From Oliverunavirus OLIVR1 (lineage: Duplodnaviria; Heunggongvirae; Uroviricota; Caudoviricetes; Schitoviridae): 64,000 nt of DNA. The translations under genes and the position numbers were made by a program. The notes below the pieces were generated by a model. That model saw only the letters and a program-made list of their open reading frames with translations, ran no database searches and was not told the origin of the DNA. The number at the start of each line of letters is the position of its first letter. Within the stretch, counting starts at the first letter, position 1. Below are positions 25,420 through 35,284 of this stretch, piece after piece. The stretch covers positions 1-64,000 of IMG/VR virus record IMGVR_UViG_2974724996_000001; one strand, given 5' to 3'.

Positions 25420-27222
25420 GTGATGTCTAATAAAGATATCATTACTGTAGTAGGCGCCGTGGCCGATAAGGATAAGGTAGTCTTCTACACAGACACAGGT
25501 GATAAACGAATTGTTCCTCAATCCGATCCTCGCCTTGCTGTTCTGCTTCAAAAGGTCATCCCGGAAATCCAGCGTGGCCGCAGTGTCACTGTATCCCTTG
25601 AGGATTACAGCCTCTATGAGGAGTTCGAAAAGAAAACGAACAGTCTTGTTCGTTTCTTCCGTGCTGCCAAAGAGAAAGTCAAAACCATCGTGGAAGCCTT
25701 CATTCCTGCTGCTCCTGAAAAGGACGACAGTGATGTAGAAGAGGATACCAAGGCGTATCATGCCAAGGTCACTGCTGAAGCTGAAATAGCTGTGGATGCT
25801 GTAGCAACTGAGACTCTTCTTGAAGAGGCTGAAAAGGTGGCTCCTGTAGTTCCCCAAAAGCCTCGCTATGAGGATCTCAAGCAAGATCTCAAGCCAATCA
25901 AAAATGATGAGCCAATCGCAGACGATGAGACCCTTGTGGCTGTCATCAATGGCGTTGCCATCCCCGGTGTTGAGAACCTGAAAAGCTATATTCAGCACGC
26001 TCTGAAACATAACTCTCCCAAGGCTGTCACTGCGTTCTTGGAACGTATCGCCCGAGTAATTGACCAACGTGGTCACTCTATTCCGGACCTGATGCGTTTC
26101 CTTGAACGCGGTGATCTGCCTCTGGCAGAAGACGGCTCGATCATTGCCTATAAAATCCTGCGAAAGACTGATCGTCATCCAGGATTTACCTATGTGGATT
26201 GTCATTCCGGCAAAGTCCATCAGAGAGTAGGTACCTATGTTCGAGTTGACGAAAGTCTGGTTGATAAGAACCGCCGTAACGAATGCAGCAATGGTCTCCA
26301 TGTTGCTCGTCGTGGCTATATCGGCCACTTCAGTGGGGATGTTTGCACCATCATCAAGATGGCTCCTGAAGACGTGATTGCTGTTCCTCACAACGATCCC
26401 AATAAGGTTCGTGTGTGCGGTTATCACATCATCTTCGAACTCCCCAATCACGTTTATAACGTGCTTCGTTCCAATCGCCCCATGACCTCTGATACCGAAG
26501 CAGCAGCAATGCTGGCCAAGGCCATCAGTGGTGACCATGTGGGTGTACTGGAAGAGGTCTGGATTGGTGGTTCCTATGGAAGCAACCTTTCCATTAAGAA
26601 CCGTGTGGACGGATATAAAGCAACTTCTGAAATTCAGAAGACCAAAGTGGACAAGACCGAGAAGGTCTCGAAGAAAGCTGCTGCTTTTGACGATGCTACC
26701 AAAAATGGCATCGATCCCCGTCAACTCAACCAGAAGATCAAGGAAGAAAATTCCAAGATCGCTGAAGAGAAGAAGGCTACCGGTTCTCTTTCGATCTCTG
26801 ATCGCGCTCGGGAAATGTTCAACAGACAGCTTTACGCTGATGTGAAGGCACTTTCAAAGACCAAGAAGAAGAGCCTTCGTGCACTCGGTTTCAATGAGAA
26901 CGAAATCGACACCATCAATGTTGGTCATGCCACAGAGACTCTTGTTGTAAAACAGGAAACTCCCAAAGCGGAACCAAAGAAGAAGGTTGAAAAACCTGCT
27001 TCGTCTAAGGCTACCAAGCCGGTGAATGTCAAAAACGATCCTCCGGCTGAACCTGCAAAGCCGGGTCTTCTGGACGGAAAGGATCTGACTGAGCAAGAAG
27101 TCCTCTACTTGAAAAACAAGTGGGAGGAGCTTTATGCACTCAAGAAGAAAAAGAAAAAGTCTTGGGTAGCACTTGGTTTTTCGACCAAGGAAATCGAAGA
27201 TATCGAAAAGAACAAACCGTAA
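25420..27222 (+). CDS. rIIB: rIIB-like protein (by position), Lys/Glu-rich C-terminus
   Basis: 600-aa ORF immediately after the rIIA-like gene; no motif recognised, call is positional. Confidence 0.35.
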   Translation: MMSNKDIITVVGAVADKDKVVFYTDTGDKRIVPQSDPRLAVLLQKVIPEIQRGRSVTVSLEDYSLYEEFEKKTNSLVRFFRAAKEKVKTIVEAFIPAAPEKDDSDVEEDTKAYHAKVTAEAEIAVDAVATETLLEEAEKVAPVVPQKPRYEDLKQDLKPIKNDEPIADDETLVAVINGVAIPGVENLKSYIQHALKHNSPKAVTAFLERIARVIDQRGHSIPDLMRFLERGDLPLAEDGSIIAYKILRKTDRHPGFTYVDCHSGKVHQRVGTYVRVDESLVDKNRRNECSNGLHVARRGYIGHFSGDVCTIIKMAPEDVIAVPHNDPNKVRVCGYHIIFELPNHVYNVLRSNRPMTSDTEAAAMLAKAISGDHVGVLEEVWIGGSYGSNLSIKNRVDGYKATSEIQKTKVDKTEKVSKKAAAFDDATKNGIDPRQLNQKIKEENSKIAEEKKATGSLSISDRAREMFNRQLYADVKALSKTKKKSLRALGFNENEIDTINVGHATETLVVKQETPKAEPKKKVEKPASSKATKPVNVKNDPPAEPAKPGLLDGKDLTEQEVLYLKNKWEELYALKKKKKKSWVALGFSTKEIEDIEKNKP

Positions 27223-27240
27223 GGTTTGTATCTTCATCAG

Positions 27241-27272
27241 AAGCCCTCAGAGAAATCTGGGGGCTTTTTTAT
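27241..27272 (+). terminator. rho-independent terminator
   Basis: aagccctcag-agaaat-ctgggggctt then tttttat. Confidence 0.65.
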
Positions 27273-27292
27273 GTTAGTAAGGAATACCAGTA

Positions 27293-27460
27293 ATGAACGC
27301 GGATAAACTCAAAGCCGCCCTCGCTGGACATGTAGTTCAGAAAGAGACTTTCACTGTTCTTGACAGCGAAGGTAATACAATCCATGTCGAACGAGATGTG
27401 GTTATTAAATGGTCCACTATTGAGGAAATCCTTGAAATGGCCAAACAGTTTCAGAAATAA
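27293..27460 (+). CDS. hypothetical small protein (55 aa)
   Basis: ATG 27293 with RBS aagga; below track cutoff. Confidence 0.3.
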   Translation: MNADKLKAALAGHVVQKETFTVLDSEGNTIHVERDVVIKWSTIEEILEMAKQFQK

Positions 27461-27469
27461 AGGTGACTT

Positions 27470-27769
27470 ATGGCTGGCGTTGGTTGTCGTGTCGAAGACA
27501 GTGTTCTGATCAAACTCAATGATCTAGGGCTTTCCCTCAAGCGAATTGGCGAACTTACTGGCTACCACCATAGCACCGTCAAGCTGAGACTGTCCGAACT
27601 GGGTGTCGAACCCACAGACACCCGCAGAGCTTTCATGGATAATGTCTATGAAAAACTTACTCCCGCTCAACGTAACTGGTTGGCCGATGAATTAAATTTA
27701 GGTCAACCGATTAGTGCATTCATTAGAATGCTAATCGTTGAGAAATTCAATAACAGGAAGAAGCCATGA
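27470..27769 (+). CDS. helix-turn-helix DNA-binding protein
   Basis: LGLSLKRIGELTGYHHSTVKLRL is an HTH-like segment; RBS aaggtg. Confidence 0.45.
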   Translation: MAGVGCRVEDSVLIKLNDLGLSLKRIGELTGYHHSTVKLRLSELGVEPTDTRRAFMDNVYEKLTPAQRNWLADELNLGQPISAFIRMLIVEKFNNRKKP

Positions 27770-27948
27770 CTCAGTTACACAGGCTCGGTGCTTATCGTAA
27801 AAAGATGGTACGACACCTCAATCATGCAGAAATGGCCTATAAAAAGGCTACGACTGATGCAGAGAAGGTGCAAATCCTTGATGAACTGATGAGGCTGAAA
27901 GCCAATGCAGACAAGGAGCAAACCGATGCTACCCCACCGAGGAATTGA
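27766..27948 (+). CDS. hypothetical protein
   Basis: 60-aa coupled ORF. Confidence 0.35.
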   Translation: MTQLHRLGAYRKKMVRHLNHAEMAYKKATTDAEKVQILDELMRLKANADKEQTDATPPRN

Positions 27949-28378
27949 AGATACTGCCCTCTGGTTCCATAGAGCAAAGCCTGAACCAATCTCAAAAGAC
28001 CTGTCCACTCAGATAGGCGTCCATCTCGAAGAAGTAGCCGAGATGCTTGAGACCTTCACGTCTGCTGATGGACGAGTTGGTTATCTGCTAACGAAGAGCC
28101 AAAGCTATCTGGAAGAACTTTCCAAAGCCCTCAAAGAGACGGATCAAGACGTCATTATCAAAGACCGTATCGAGTTTCTGGATAGCATCGCTGACCAGAT
28201 CGTGACTGCCGTTGGTGCAGGTCAAATTGCTGGCATGGATGTAGTAGGTGCACTTAACGAAGTGAACCGCTCTAACTTCAGTAAATTTGACAGTAATGGT
28301 AATCCCATACTTGACAATAATCGAAAGATAATCAAAAGTAAGGATTATTCAAAACCTGATCTCACACCTTTTGTGTGA
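27905..28378 (+). CDS. MazG-like all-alpha NTP pyrophosphohydrolase
   Basis: HLEEVAEMLE ... EFLDSIADQIV ... EVNRSNFSKF resembles the MazG/NTP-PPase EExxE...D motif layout; exact start uncertain. Confidence 0.45.
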   Translation: MQTRSKPMLPHRGIEDTALWFHRAKPEPISKDLSTQIGVHLEEVAEMLETFTSADGRVGYLLTKSQSYLEELSKALKETDQDVIIKDRIEFLDSIADQIVTAVGAGQIAGMDVVGALNEVNRSNFSKFDSNGNPILDNNRKIIKSKDYSKPDLTPFV

Positions 28379-28403
28379 GAGAAGCCCATCTACGGAGATA
28401 ATA

Positions 28404-28955
28404 ATGACCTCGGAAAATGAACATGATGAAGCTGCTGCCTTGGCTCCTACCCAGTCTTTGTTTGCTGGCAATGCTGCTGTGGCTCCGGTTTCTGAACCAA
28501 AGGAAGAAGAAGCAGTCGAAACTGTTCAAGCGGTTGAAGAAGTCGTTACAGAAGCACCCGAACCCACGGACGCTGGCGACTCTGAGCAAACCATGGAAGC
28601 AGTGCAGACTGAACATGCAGCCGAAGACCTTACAGTTGCCGAAGCAACTGTCGCTGCAACGGAACAGCCGAAGACGCTGAAAGAGCTTCAAGCTGAAAAG
28701 GCTGCTCTTGATGCCAAGATCGCTGCTCAACAGAAGGCCGAACGTAAGGCCGTAGTCGATCAGATTGCTATAGTAGTTAAAAACTACAACATTCCGGTTG
28801 CCGAACTCGTGGAAGCCCTTGGTGGCTTGCCCAACCCTCGTAAGGGTACAAAAGCACCTGTCCTCTTTACGGACGGAAAGAACAATTGGACTGGTCGGGG
28901 CAAAATCCCGAACTGGCTCAAGGATAAAAATATCGAGGATTACCGCATTAAGTAA
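28404..28955 (+). CDS. H-NS/MvaT-like nucleoid-associated DNA-binding protein
   Basis: Start set to ATG 28404 (RBS ggaga); acidic/coiled-coil N-half; C-terminal KAPVLFTDGKNNWTGRGKIPNWL matches the H-NS core motif TWTGQGRTP. Confidence 0.6.
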   Translation: MTSENEHDEAAALAPTQSLFAGNAAVAPVSEPKEEEAVETVQAVEEVVTEAPEPTDAGDSEQTMEAVQTEHAAEDLTVAEATVAATEQPKTLKELQAEKAALDAKIAAQQKAERKAVVDQIAIVVKNYNIPVAELVEALGGLPNPRKGTKAPVLFTDGKNNWTGRGKIPNWLKDKNIEDYRIK

Positions 28956-28967
28956 TGCAGTAATTAT

Positions 28968-29000
28968 CTCAGTAATCAAGCCCCGTTCGAAAGAATGGGG
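28968..29000 (+). terminator. rho-independent terminator
   Basis: aagcccc-gttcgaaagaat-ggggctt then ttctttat. Confidence 0.65.
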
Positions 29001-29023
29001 CTTTTCTTTATGCAGGAAAGCAC

Positions 29024-30328
29024 ATGACCCCCCAACTTATCCTTAATCCGAATGCTGGGCAGGAAAATGCTGCCAAAGCCTTCTTTGAATTTCTGCTGAC
29101 ATCCGGCAAGGAATTCATCATTGCTGGTGCCGCAGGTGTAGGCAAGACATTCCTTATGTCTTACATCATCGATAAAATCATGGTGCAGTACCAGAAAACC
29201 TGTGAGCTACTCGGTATCGAACCTGAGTACACAGAAGTCGTCATGACTGCCACGACTAACAAGGCAGCAGAAGTTCTAGGCAATGCCACAGGACGCCCTA
29301 CGAGCACCATACACTCGTATTTGAACATTCGGGTATCTGAGGACTATCAGACCGGTAAAACCGTCCTGACGCGCACCAGAGACTGGCATGTGAAGCGAAA
29401 CAAGATCATCTTCATTGATGAGTGTTCCATGATCGATAGTGATCTTTATCACATCCTTCATGAAGGCACAGAAAACTGCAAAATCGTCTATGTCGGTGAC
29501 CATAATCAGTTGGCTCCGGTATTCGAAAAAATCTCCCCCATTTATCTTCAGGGAAGTCCGTTCTATGAACTGACTGAACCAATGAGAAATAATGGACAGC
29601 CGGCTCTTATGGCCATTTGTCAACAGCTTCGTGAGACCGTCGAGTCCGGTGAATTCAAACCTATTCAGGTGGTTCCCGGTGTCATTGACTGGCTATCTGA
29701 TGGCGAAATGCTTCAGGGAATACAGGATACTTTCATCCCGGGTCCTAATCTGAACAGCCGAATTCTGGCATATACCAATAAAATGGTGATCCAATACAAT
29801 CAGTATATCCGTGAACTCCGTCAGCTTCCTGCACTCTATACAGCAGGTGAAGTACTGGTAAGCAATGGTTCTACCAAGGTGGGTTCTACCCAGCTTTCGG
29901 TGGAGCAGGAAATCACCATCAAGGAAGTTCAGAATACTCGTATCATCGAAATCACGAAAGACTCTGAACTCGAAGTCCAGCAAGTTACGCTGGAAACTTC
30001 TTTCGGTGAAGTAGTCTATAATGCACTACTCCCAGTGGATCGTGATCATTATGATAAGCTCATCAAATGGTTTGCCAAAACCAAAAATTGGGAACGGATG
30101 TACTTCCTTAAGAATAACTTCCCGGATTTGCGTCCCCGAGATGCTGCAACTGTCCACAAATCCCAAGGCTCCACCTATCAGAGTGTCTTCATCGATCTCG
30201 ACAACATCTCTAAGGTGACTAATCCGGATATGGCTGCACGTATGCTTTATGTGGCTTTCAGCCGAGCCAAGGAAAGAGTGTTCCTCTATGGAAATCTCAC
30301 CGAACGTTTCGGTGGTATTATCGAATAA
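29024..30328 (+). CDS. SF1B DNA helicase, Dda/RecD-like
   Basis: Walker A GAAGVGKT, Walker B IIFIDECSM, VGDHNQLAPV, ATVHKSQGSTYQSV, VAFSRAKERV. Confidence 0.85.
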   Translation: MTPQLILNPNAGQENAAKAFFEFLLTSGKEFIIAGAAGVGKTFLMSYIIDKIMVQYQKTCELLGIEPEYTEVVMTATTNKAAEVLGNATGRPTSTIHSYLNIRVSEDYQTGKTVLTRTRDWHVKRNKIIFIDECSMIDSDLYHILHEGTENCKIVYVGDHNQLAPVFEKISPIYLQGSPFYELTEPMRNNGQPALMAICQQLRETVESGEFKPIQVVPGVIDWLSDGEMLQGIQDTFIPGPNLNSRILAYTNKMVIQYNQYIRELRQLPALYTAGEVLVSNGSTKVGSTQLSVEQEITIKEVQNTRIIEITKDSELEVQQVTLETSFGEVVYNALLPVDRDHYDKLIKWFAKTKNWERMYFLKNNFPDLRPRDAATVHKSQGSTYQSVFIDLDNISKVTNPDMAARMLYVAFSRAKERVFLYGNLTERFGGIIE

Positions 30329-30340
30329 TGGAGTACAGTA

Positions 30341-30886
30341 ATGGCTGTCACGACAAAAGCGGAGTACCTACATCGTAAAGCGATAGACGAAAACAGGGTC
30401 AATTTTGTTAATGGTATAATTAAAGAACTAATGTCTTCTGACAAAGCTCGATTGGATACCATGATTAAAGAAATAATCGAAGAACATGAGAAGCTGACCC
30501 AAACGGATGGCTTCTTCTTTGATGGCCGAGTCTACACCAACAAAGTGGGTATTCCATTCAAATCCTTACAAAAGGTAGGAGTGCATCCTAGCCTGAAGGC
30601 TAGGGTTCTTGAATACAAAAAGCAATGCCGGGATATTGAAAATGATGAAGCCCGGATAGGACAGGGACTTGCGGTCCTTGTACGAAATGCTACATCCCCT
30701 CAGCATTTTCGTGATGCCGTTCCTGATATCCTTCTGCCTTTGGTTCCCTCTAGCTTCATTTCCACAAAGAACTTGAAGCGAACCATAGAAGAAGGAGCAC
30801 TTCTTACTACCAAATTGCACAGAGATCAGTTCCAGAAAACCATGGATAGGATTTATTTCTATCTTGGTTCCAGATTATTGGGGTAA
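30341..30886 (+). CDS. hypothetical protein
   Basis: 181-aa ORF. Confidence 0.5.
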   Translation: MAVTTKAEYLHRKAIDENRVNFVNGIIKELMSSDKARLDTMIKEIIEEHEKLTQTDGFFFDGRVYTNKVGIPFKSLQKVGVHPSLKARVLEYKKQCRDIENDEARIGQGLAVLVRNATSPQHFRDAVPDILLPLVPSSFISTKNLKRTIEEGALLTTKLHRDQFQKTMDRIYFYLGSRLLG

Positions 30887-30889
30887 TTA

Positions 30890-33499
30890 ATGAAGTATTA
30901 CACATACGATCCCAATCAATCAGAGTACCCTGTTTGTATATTGGTCAATAAAATCAAGAAAGATGACATTAAAAGGATCTATCTAGATCCGTATGGTCTC
31001 GATGCCAATGATGTCATCATCATTGATCTTCATCAAATTCCCGGCAAGAAAAAAACTCCTGCCAAGGACATGAAGGATTATATCACAAATGAGCTTCTTC
31101 CAGTCTTTGAAGACTTGAAGGTCCAGTATCTCATCGTCGGAGACGCCGAGTATTATAAGGTACTAACCAAATCTGCTAAAGCGGACCTTATGGTTGGCTA
31201 TGTGGTAGACTGTGCATACGGTCCGTACCACACGGTCTATGTACCTAACTACCAAGCCATGTTCCATGACCCTGATAAGGTCAAGGCTAAGGTAACAAAC
31301 AGCATTACTGCTCTAATGAATCACGCTAAAGGTTCTTATGAGGAACCCGGCTCAGACATTATCAAATATGCTGCATATCCAGAAACCATAGGTGAAATCC
31401 AAGAGTGGCTGGAAAAGCTCCTTGCCATGAAGTGCCCGCTTACAGTGGACATTGAAGGCTGGAGCCTAAAACCGTATCATTCTGGGATTGCCACGATCAC
31501 ATTCTGTTGGAACCAACATGAAGGGATAGCTTTCCCTGTTGATCTTTCAGATGATCCGGCTCTCGTTAGGCGTATGCTCCGTGATTTCTTTGAACGCATG
31601 GAATATGCGACTATTTATCATAATATCGCTTTTGACGTTATGGTACTAATCTACCAGTTATATATGAAACACATTACTGATACTAAAGGCTTGCTCCGTG
31701 GTCTCAGAGTGATGTTGAAAAACTGGCATGATACGAAGCTGATTACCTATTTGGTTACTAATTCCTGTGCAGGGAATAAGCTTGGTCTCAAAGACCAAGC
31801 ACAGGAGTTTGCAGGAAATTATGCGGTGGAGTCTATCAATGACATCACTAAAATCCCTCTCCCACAACTCCTGCAATACAACCTAGTGGATGGTCTCTCC
31901 ACTTGGTTCGTCTACAATAAACACTGGGATACCCTCGTGGCAGACCAACAGTTGAAGATTTATAATGAGATCTTCAAACCTGCTATTGTAGATATTATTC
32001 AAATGCAATTGACGGGCTTGCCCATCGATATGAAACGAGTCAAAGAAGTCAAAGCAATCCTCCAAAAGGATAATGATGACGCTCTTGATGAGATGAATAA
32101 AACTGCACTAATCCAGGAGTTCAATTATTTACGTGTTGAAGAGTACGTAAATAAAATGAATAATAAATGGGTTAAAAAGAGAACCACAGTCGATACAGTT
32201 CTTCAGACTATCGACACCAATACGAAACTAAAGGATGAGATTTATTTCAATCCTAATAGTGCACCTCAGCTACAAGCTTTGTTGTTTGAGGAATTGGCTC
32301 TACCGGTCCTTAATAAGACCAAAAGCGATCTTCCTGCCACTGATGCTAAAACGCTGAAAGCTCTGAAGAACCATACCAAAGACCCCAAGGTATTGGAGTT
32401 TCTGGATGCTCTTCTGAAGTACAAAGGCGTAGCAATTCTATTGACGACCTTCATTCCTGCGTTCGAGGCTGCTCGACAAGGCCCCGATGGTTGGCACTAC
32501 CTAATAGGTAACTTCAATTTAGGTGGCACTGTTTCAGGTCGCTTATCCTCATCTGATCCAAATATGCAAAATCTTCCTGCAACTGGATCGAAATATGCCA
32601 AGGTAATGAAGTCGTGCTTTGCCGCTCCCCCCGGGTGGCTATTCTGCGGTATTGACTTCAATTCTCTTGAAGATCGTATTAGTGCACTAACCACCAGAGA
32701 CCCTAATAAATTAAAGGTCTATACCGATGGGTATGATGGGCATTGTCTCAGGGCATATGCGTATTTTGGTGATCAAATGCCTGACATCGATCCTACAAGC
32801 GTTGAGTCAATTAATTCTATCGCTGATAAATACAAGGGACTTCGCCAAGATGGTAAAGTTCCTACGTTCTCGCTTACCTATGCTGGAACGTATATCACGA
32901 TTATGAAAAGCCAAGGCTGGTCTGAGGAGAAATCCAAAAAGATTGAAGCCAGTTATCACAACCTTTATCAGGTCAGTGATGAGTACGTTGCTAAAAAGCT
33001 GGACCAAGCTTGCAACGATGGCTATATTACCGCCGCATTCGGTCTCAGAGTTCGTACCCCATTGCTCAAGCAAGTTATACGGGGAACGAGCAGAACCCCT
33101 CACGAAGCTGAGGCCGAAGGCAGAACAGCAGGTAATGCATTGGGCCAATCATGGTGCCTTCTCAATTCAAGAGCAGGTTCCGAGTTCATGGGCAAAGTTC
33201 GAAAAAGCAGATACTGCTTGTCGATCCGCCCATGTGCACAAATCCACGACGCCCAGTACTTCTTGGTTCGGGACGATATCAAAGCAATCAAATATGCTAA
33301 TGACAATGTAGTCTTGGCATGTGAGTGGCAAGATGATCCTGAAATCTATCACCCAGATGTAAAATTAGGTGGTGAATTCGGTATCTTCTATCCTGATTGG
33401 AGCCAAGAATGCGGATTACCAAACAAAGCAACTCATGACCAAATAAGGGAGCAGGTCATGAAGCACTGGAACAAGCTCCACGAAAAGAAAGCTGCATAA
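30890..33499 (+). CDS. family A DNA polymerase (Pol I-like) with 3'-5' exonuclease domain
   Basis: Exo motif LTVDIEGWSL; motif A CGIDFNSLEDRI; motif B RQDGKVPTFSLTYAG; motif C AQIHDAQYF. Confidence 0.9.
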   Translation: MKYYTYDPNQSEYPVCILVNKIKKDDIKRIYLDPYGLDANDVIIIDLHQIPGKKKTPAKDMKDYITNELLPVFEDLKVQYLIVGDAEYYKVLTKSAKADLMVGYVVDCAYGPYHTVYVPNYQAMFHDPDKVKAKVTNSITALMNHAKGSYEEPGSDIIKYAAYPETIGEIQEWLEKLLAMKCPLTVDIEGWSLKPYHSGIATITFCWNQHEGIAFPVDLSDDPALVRRMLRDFFERMEYATIYHNIAFDVMVLIYQLYMKHITDTKGLLRGLRVMLKNWHDTKLITYLVTNSCAGNKLGLKDQAQEFAGNYAVESINDITKIPLPQLLQYNLVDGLSTWFVYNKHWDTLVADQQLKIYNEIFKPAIVDIIQMQLTGLPIDMKRVKEVKAILQKDNDDALDEMNKTALIQEFNYLRVEEYVNKMNNKWVKKRTTVDTVLQTIDTNTKLKDEIYFNPNSAPQLQALLFEELALPVLNKTKSDLPATDAKTLKALKNHTKDPKVLEFLDALLKYKGVAILLTTFIPAFEAARQGPDGWHYLIGNFNLGGTVSGRLSSSDPNMQNLPATGSKYAKVMKSCFAAPPGWLFCGIDFNSLEDRISALTTRDPNKLKVYTDGYDGHCLRAYAYFGDQMPDIDPTSVESINSIADKYKGLRQDGKVPTFSLTYAGTYITIMKSQGWSEEKSKKIEASYHNLYQVSDEYVAKKLDQACNDGYITAAFGLRVRTPLLKQVIRGTSRTPHEAEAEGRTAGNALGQSWCLLNSRAGSEFMGKVRKSRYCLSIRPCAQIHDAQYFLVRDDIKAIKYANDNVVLACEWQDDPEIYHPDVKLGGEFGIFYPDWSQECGLPNKATHDQIREQVMKHWNKLHEKKAA

Positions 33500-33835
33500 A
33501 TGGAAGACCCCATCAAGCCTGAACAGACCCCAGAACCAGCAGAAAAACTGATCTGGCTGTTTACCGTCAACATCGTTTACAACGTTGAAAATGGTCTTGA
33601 ACGTCATCGCCCCGTGAACGTGATTGTGAAAACATTCAATCCGTACATCAGCGAAACCGTGCTGGGCAATGTTCAGCAATCTGCTCAAATTCAAGCAATG
33701 GAATATAAGAAAATTCCCCGTAAGGCGAAGATTCTTGATGCCATTATTACCTCCTTCAATCTGCTTGGTCAGATGACCGATGAGCAGTTTCACAAGAAGG
33801 TTACCCCCGAGGCTGCACCAAGTGAGCAGGGATAA
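33500..33835 (+). CDS. hypothetical protein
   Basis: 111-aa ORF directly after the polymerase stop. Confidence 0.45.
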   Translation: MEDPIKPEQTPEPAEKLIWLFTVNIVYNVENGLERHRPVNVIVKTFNPYISETVLGNVQQSAQIQAMEYKKIPRKAKILDAIITSFNLLGQMTDEQFHKKVTPEAAPSEQG

Positions 33836-34148
33836 AGAGCATTCCGGTGGTCGAGTAAATTATTACTTGGCAAAGGTGGAGCATCCTCGTCGTGAGGATC
33901 AACCCCCATATCAGGCAGAATGTGAAGATATCATTTCTGCTCTTGGCATGACCTTTGATGAAGGTTGTGCCTTCAAAGCCATATGGCGATCTGCTTCTGC
34001 ACGAACCTTTGGTGGTGGAAAGGCTGGGCATGATCCAGTTTATGATGCCCAGAAGGTCCAACATTACGGTCGCCAAATGGAACATGTAGCCAGACACAAG
34101 GTACTCAGTCCCTTGGAAAAGGCTTGCACGTTAGGAACAGGGGAGTAA
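33822..34148 (+). CDS. hypothetical protein
   Basis: Track ORF 33780-34148; likely GTG 33822 start after weak gagg RBS; followed by hairpin gggga-gtaa-tcccc. Confidence 0.3.
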   Translation: MSRDKEHSGGRVNYYLAKVEHPRREDQPPYQAECEDIISALGMTFDEGCAFKAIWRSASARTFGGGKAGHDPVYDAQKVQHYGRQMEHVARHKVLSPLEKACTLGTGE

Positions 34149-34162
34149 TCCCCTGTTTCATA

Positions 34163-34263
34163 ATTGAGTGGCAGAGTGGCTTAATGCTGACGCGAAGGAA
34201 GACTGGATGGGTGAGCTACGCCTCTATACTCGCCAGCCGTGGGTTCAAATCCCATCTCAATTT
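34163..34263 (+). other. tRNA-like element (acceptor aattgag/ctcaatt plus T-arm gtggg-ttcaaat-cccat), 101 nt, too long for a canonical tRNA
   Basis: Seen in sequence; the 70-nt region between acceptor and T-arm has no canonical D or anticodon arms. Confidence 0.3.
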
Positions 34264-34294
34264 ATTACCATACTAATCACAAGGACATTATGTC

Positions 34295-35284
34295 ATGCAA
34301 TATACGAATAATCACGGGATCAGTCTTCCGATAGCTGTCTGGCTTCTGCATGACGAGTATGATCACATCAAAACCCCCAATTATATCTCAGCCACTACAC
34401 TATTGAAGCCCACCAAGCAGTTGATCCTCAGCCGCCGTGTGGCATTGGAAAACCGCGTTTATGACGTGTCTGACTTCCTTGCTTCCAGTCTCGGCACAGC
34501 TATCCATGATAGTGTTGAAAAAGCATGGACCAAAGCAGGTCCCCAGATGATGAAACTGTTAGGGTACCCTGACTCCATCTGTGACAAGATTGTAGTCAAT
34601 CCTGATCCGGAATGGCTCAAACTTAATGCCAATCTAGGTTACCATCCTGTATACCTTGAGCAAAGAAATACTCGTGAAATCGAGGGTTATATCGTAGGTG
34701 GCAAGTTCGATATGATTATCGACGGTCGTCTCTTCGATATTAAATCTACTTCAGTCTGGGCTTATCTCTTTGGTTCCAAAGATGAAGATTATGCCCTGCA
34801 AGGTTCAATCTACAAATGGCTCAATCCGGACAAGGTTCGAGATGACCATATTTACATCCAGTTCATTTTTACGGATTGGAAGAAAGCAGAAGCCAAGCAG
34901 AGAACTGATTATCCTCAAACCCGTGCTCAAGAGCATACTGTAAAGCTCTTAGATACTCCCGAAATTGAACGATATATGCGTTCTAAAATTCGAGAAATCG
35001 AACGCTATAAGGATTCTCCTGAAGAGGATATCCCTGAGTGTACTGACGAAGAACTGTGGCGTTCTGCTCCCCAGTATCGTTATTTCTCTGATCCAGAGAA
35101 AGCAAAAGACCTTAATGCTCGGTCAACTAAAAACTTCGATGATATGGCATCTGCCAAACAGTTCATGTCAGAGAAGGGCGGTAAAGGTGCTATTGTCACC
35201 AAGCCCGGCGAAGTAAAACGTTGCGCATATTGTCCAGCATTTCCCATCTGCAAGCAGAAAGACAGGTATAATATCGATGTTTGA
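34295..35284 (+). CDS. PD-(D/E)xK nuclease, Cas4/RecB-like exonuclease
   Basis: GGKFDMIIDGRLFDIKST (D...D/E.K core), QGSIYKWL, C-terminal Cys cluster CAYCPAFPIC as in Cas4/AddB Fe-S nucleases. Confidence 0.6.
   Translation: MQYTNNHGISLPIAVWLLHDEYDHIKTPNYISATTLLKPTKQLILSRRVALENRVYDVSDFLASSLGTAIHDSVEKAWTKAGPQMMKLLGYPDSICDKIVVNPDPEWLKLNANLGYHPVYLEQRNTREIEGYIVGGKFDMIIDGRLFDIKSTSVWAYLFGSKDEDYALQGSIYKWLNPDKVRDDHIYIQFIFTDWKKAEAKQRTDYPQTRAQEHTVKLLDTPEIERYMRSKIREIERYKDSPEEDIPECTDEELWRSAPQYRYFSDPEKAKDLNARSTKNFDDMASAKQFMSEKGGKGAIVTKPGEVKRCAYCPAFPICKQKDRYNIDV

Noticed and set aside
25396-26724. 442-aa minus-strand ORF
   Set aside because: It is antisense to the 600-aa rIIB-like gene. Long antisense ORFs are common in this GC-balanced sequence.
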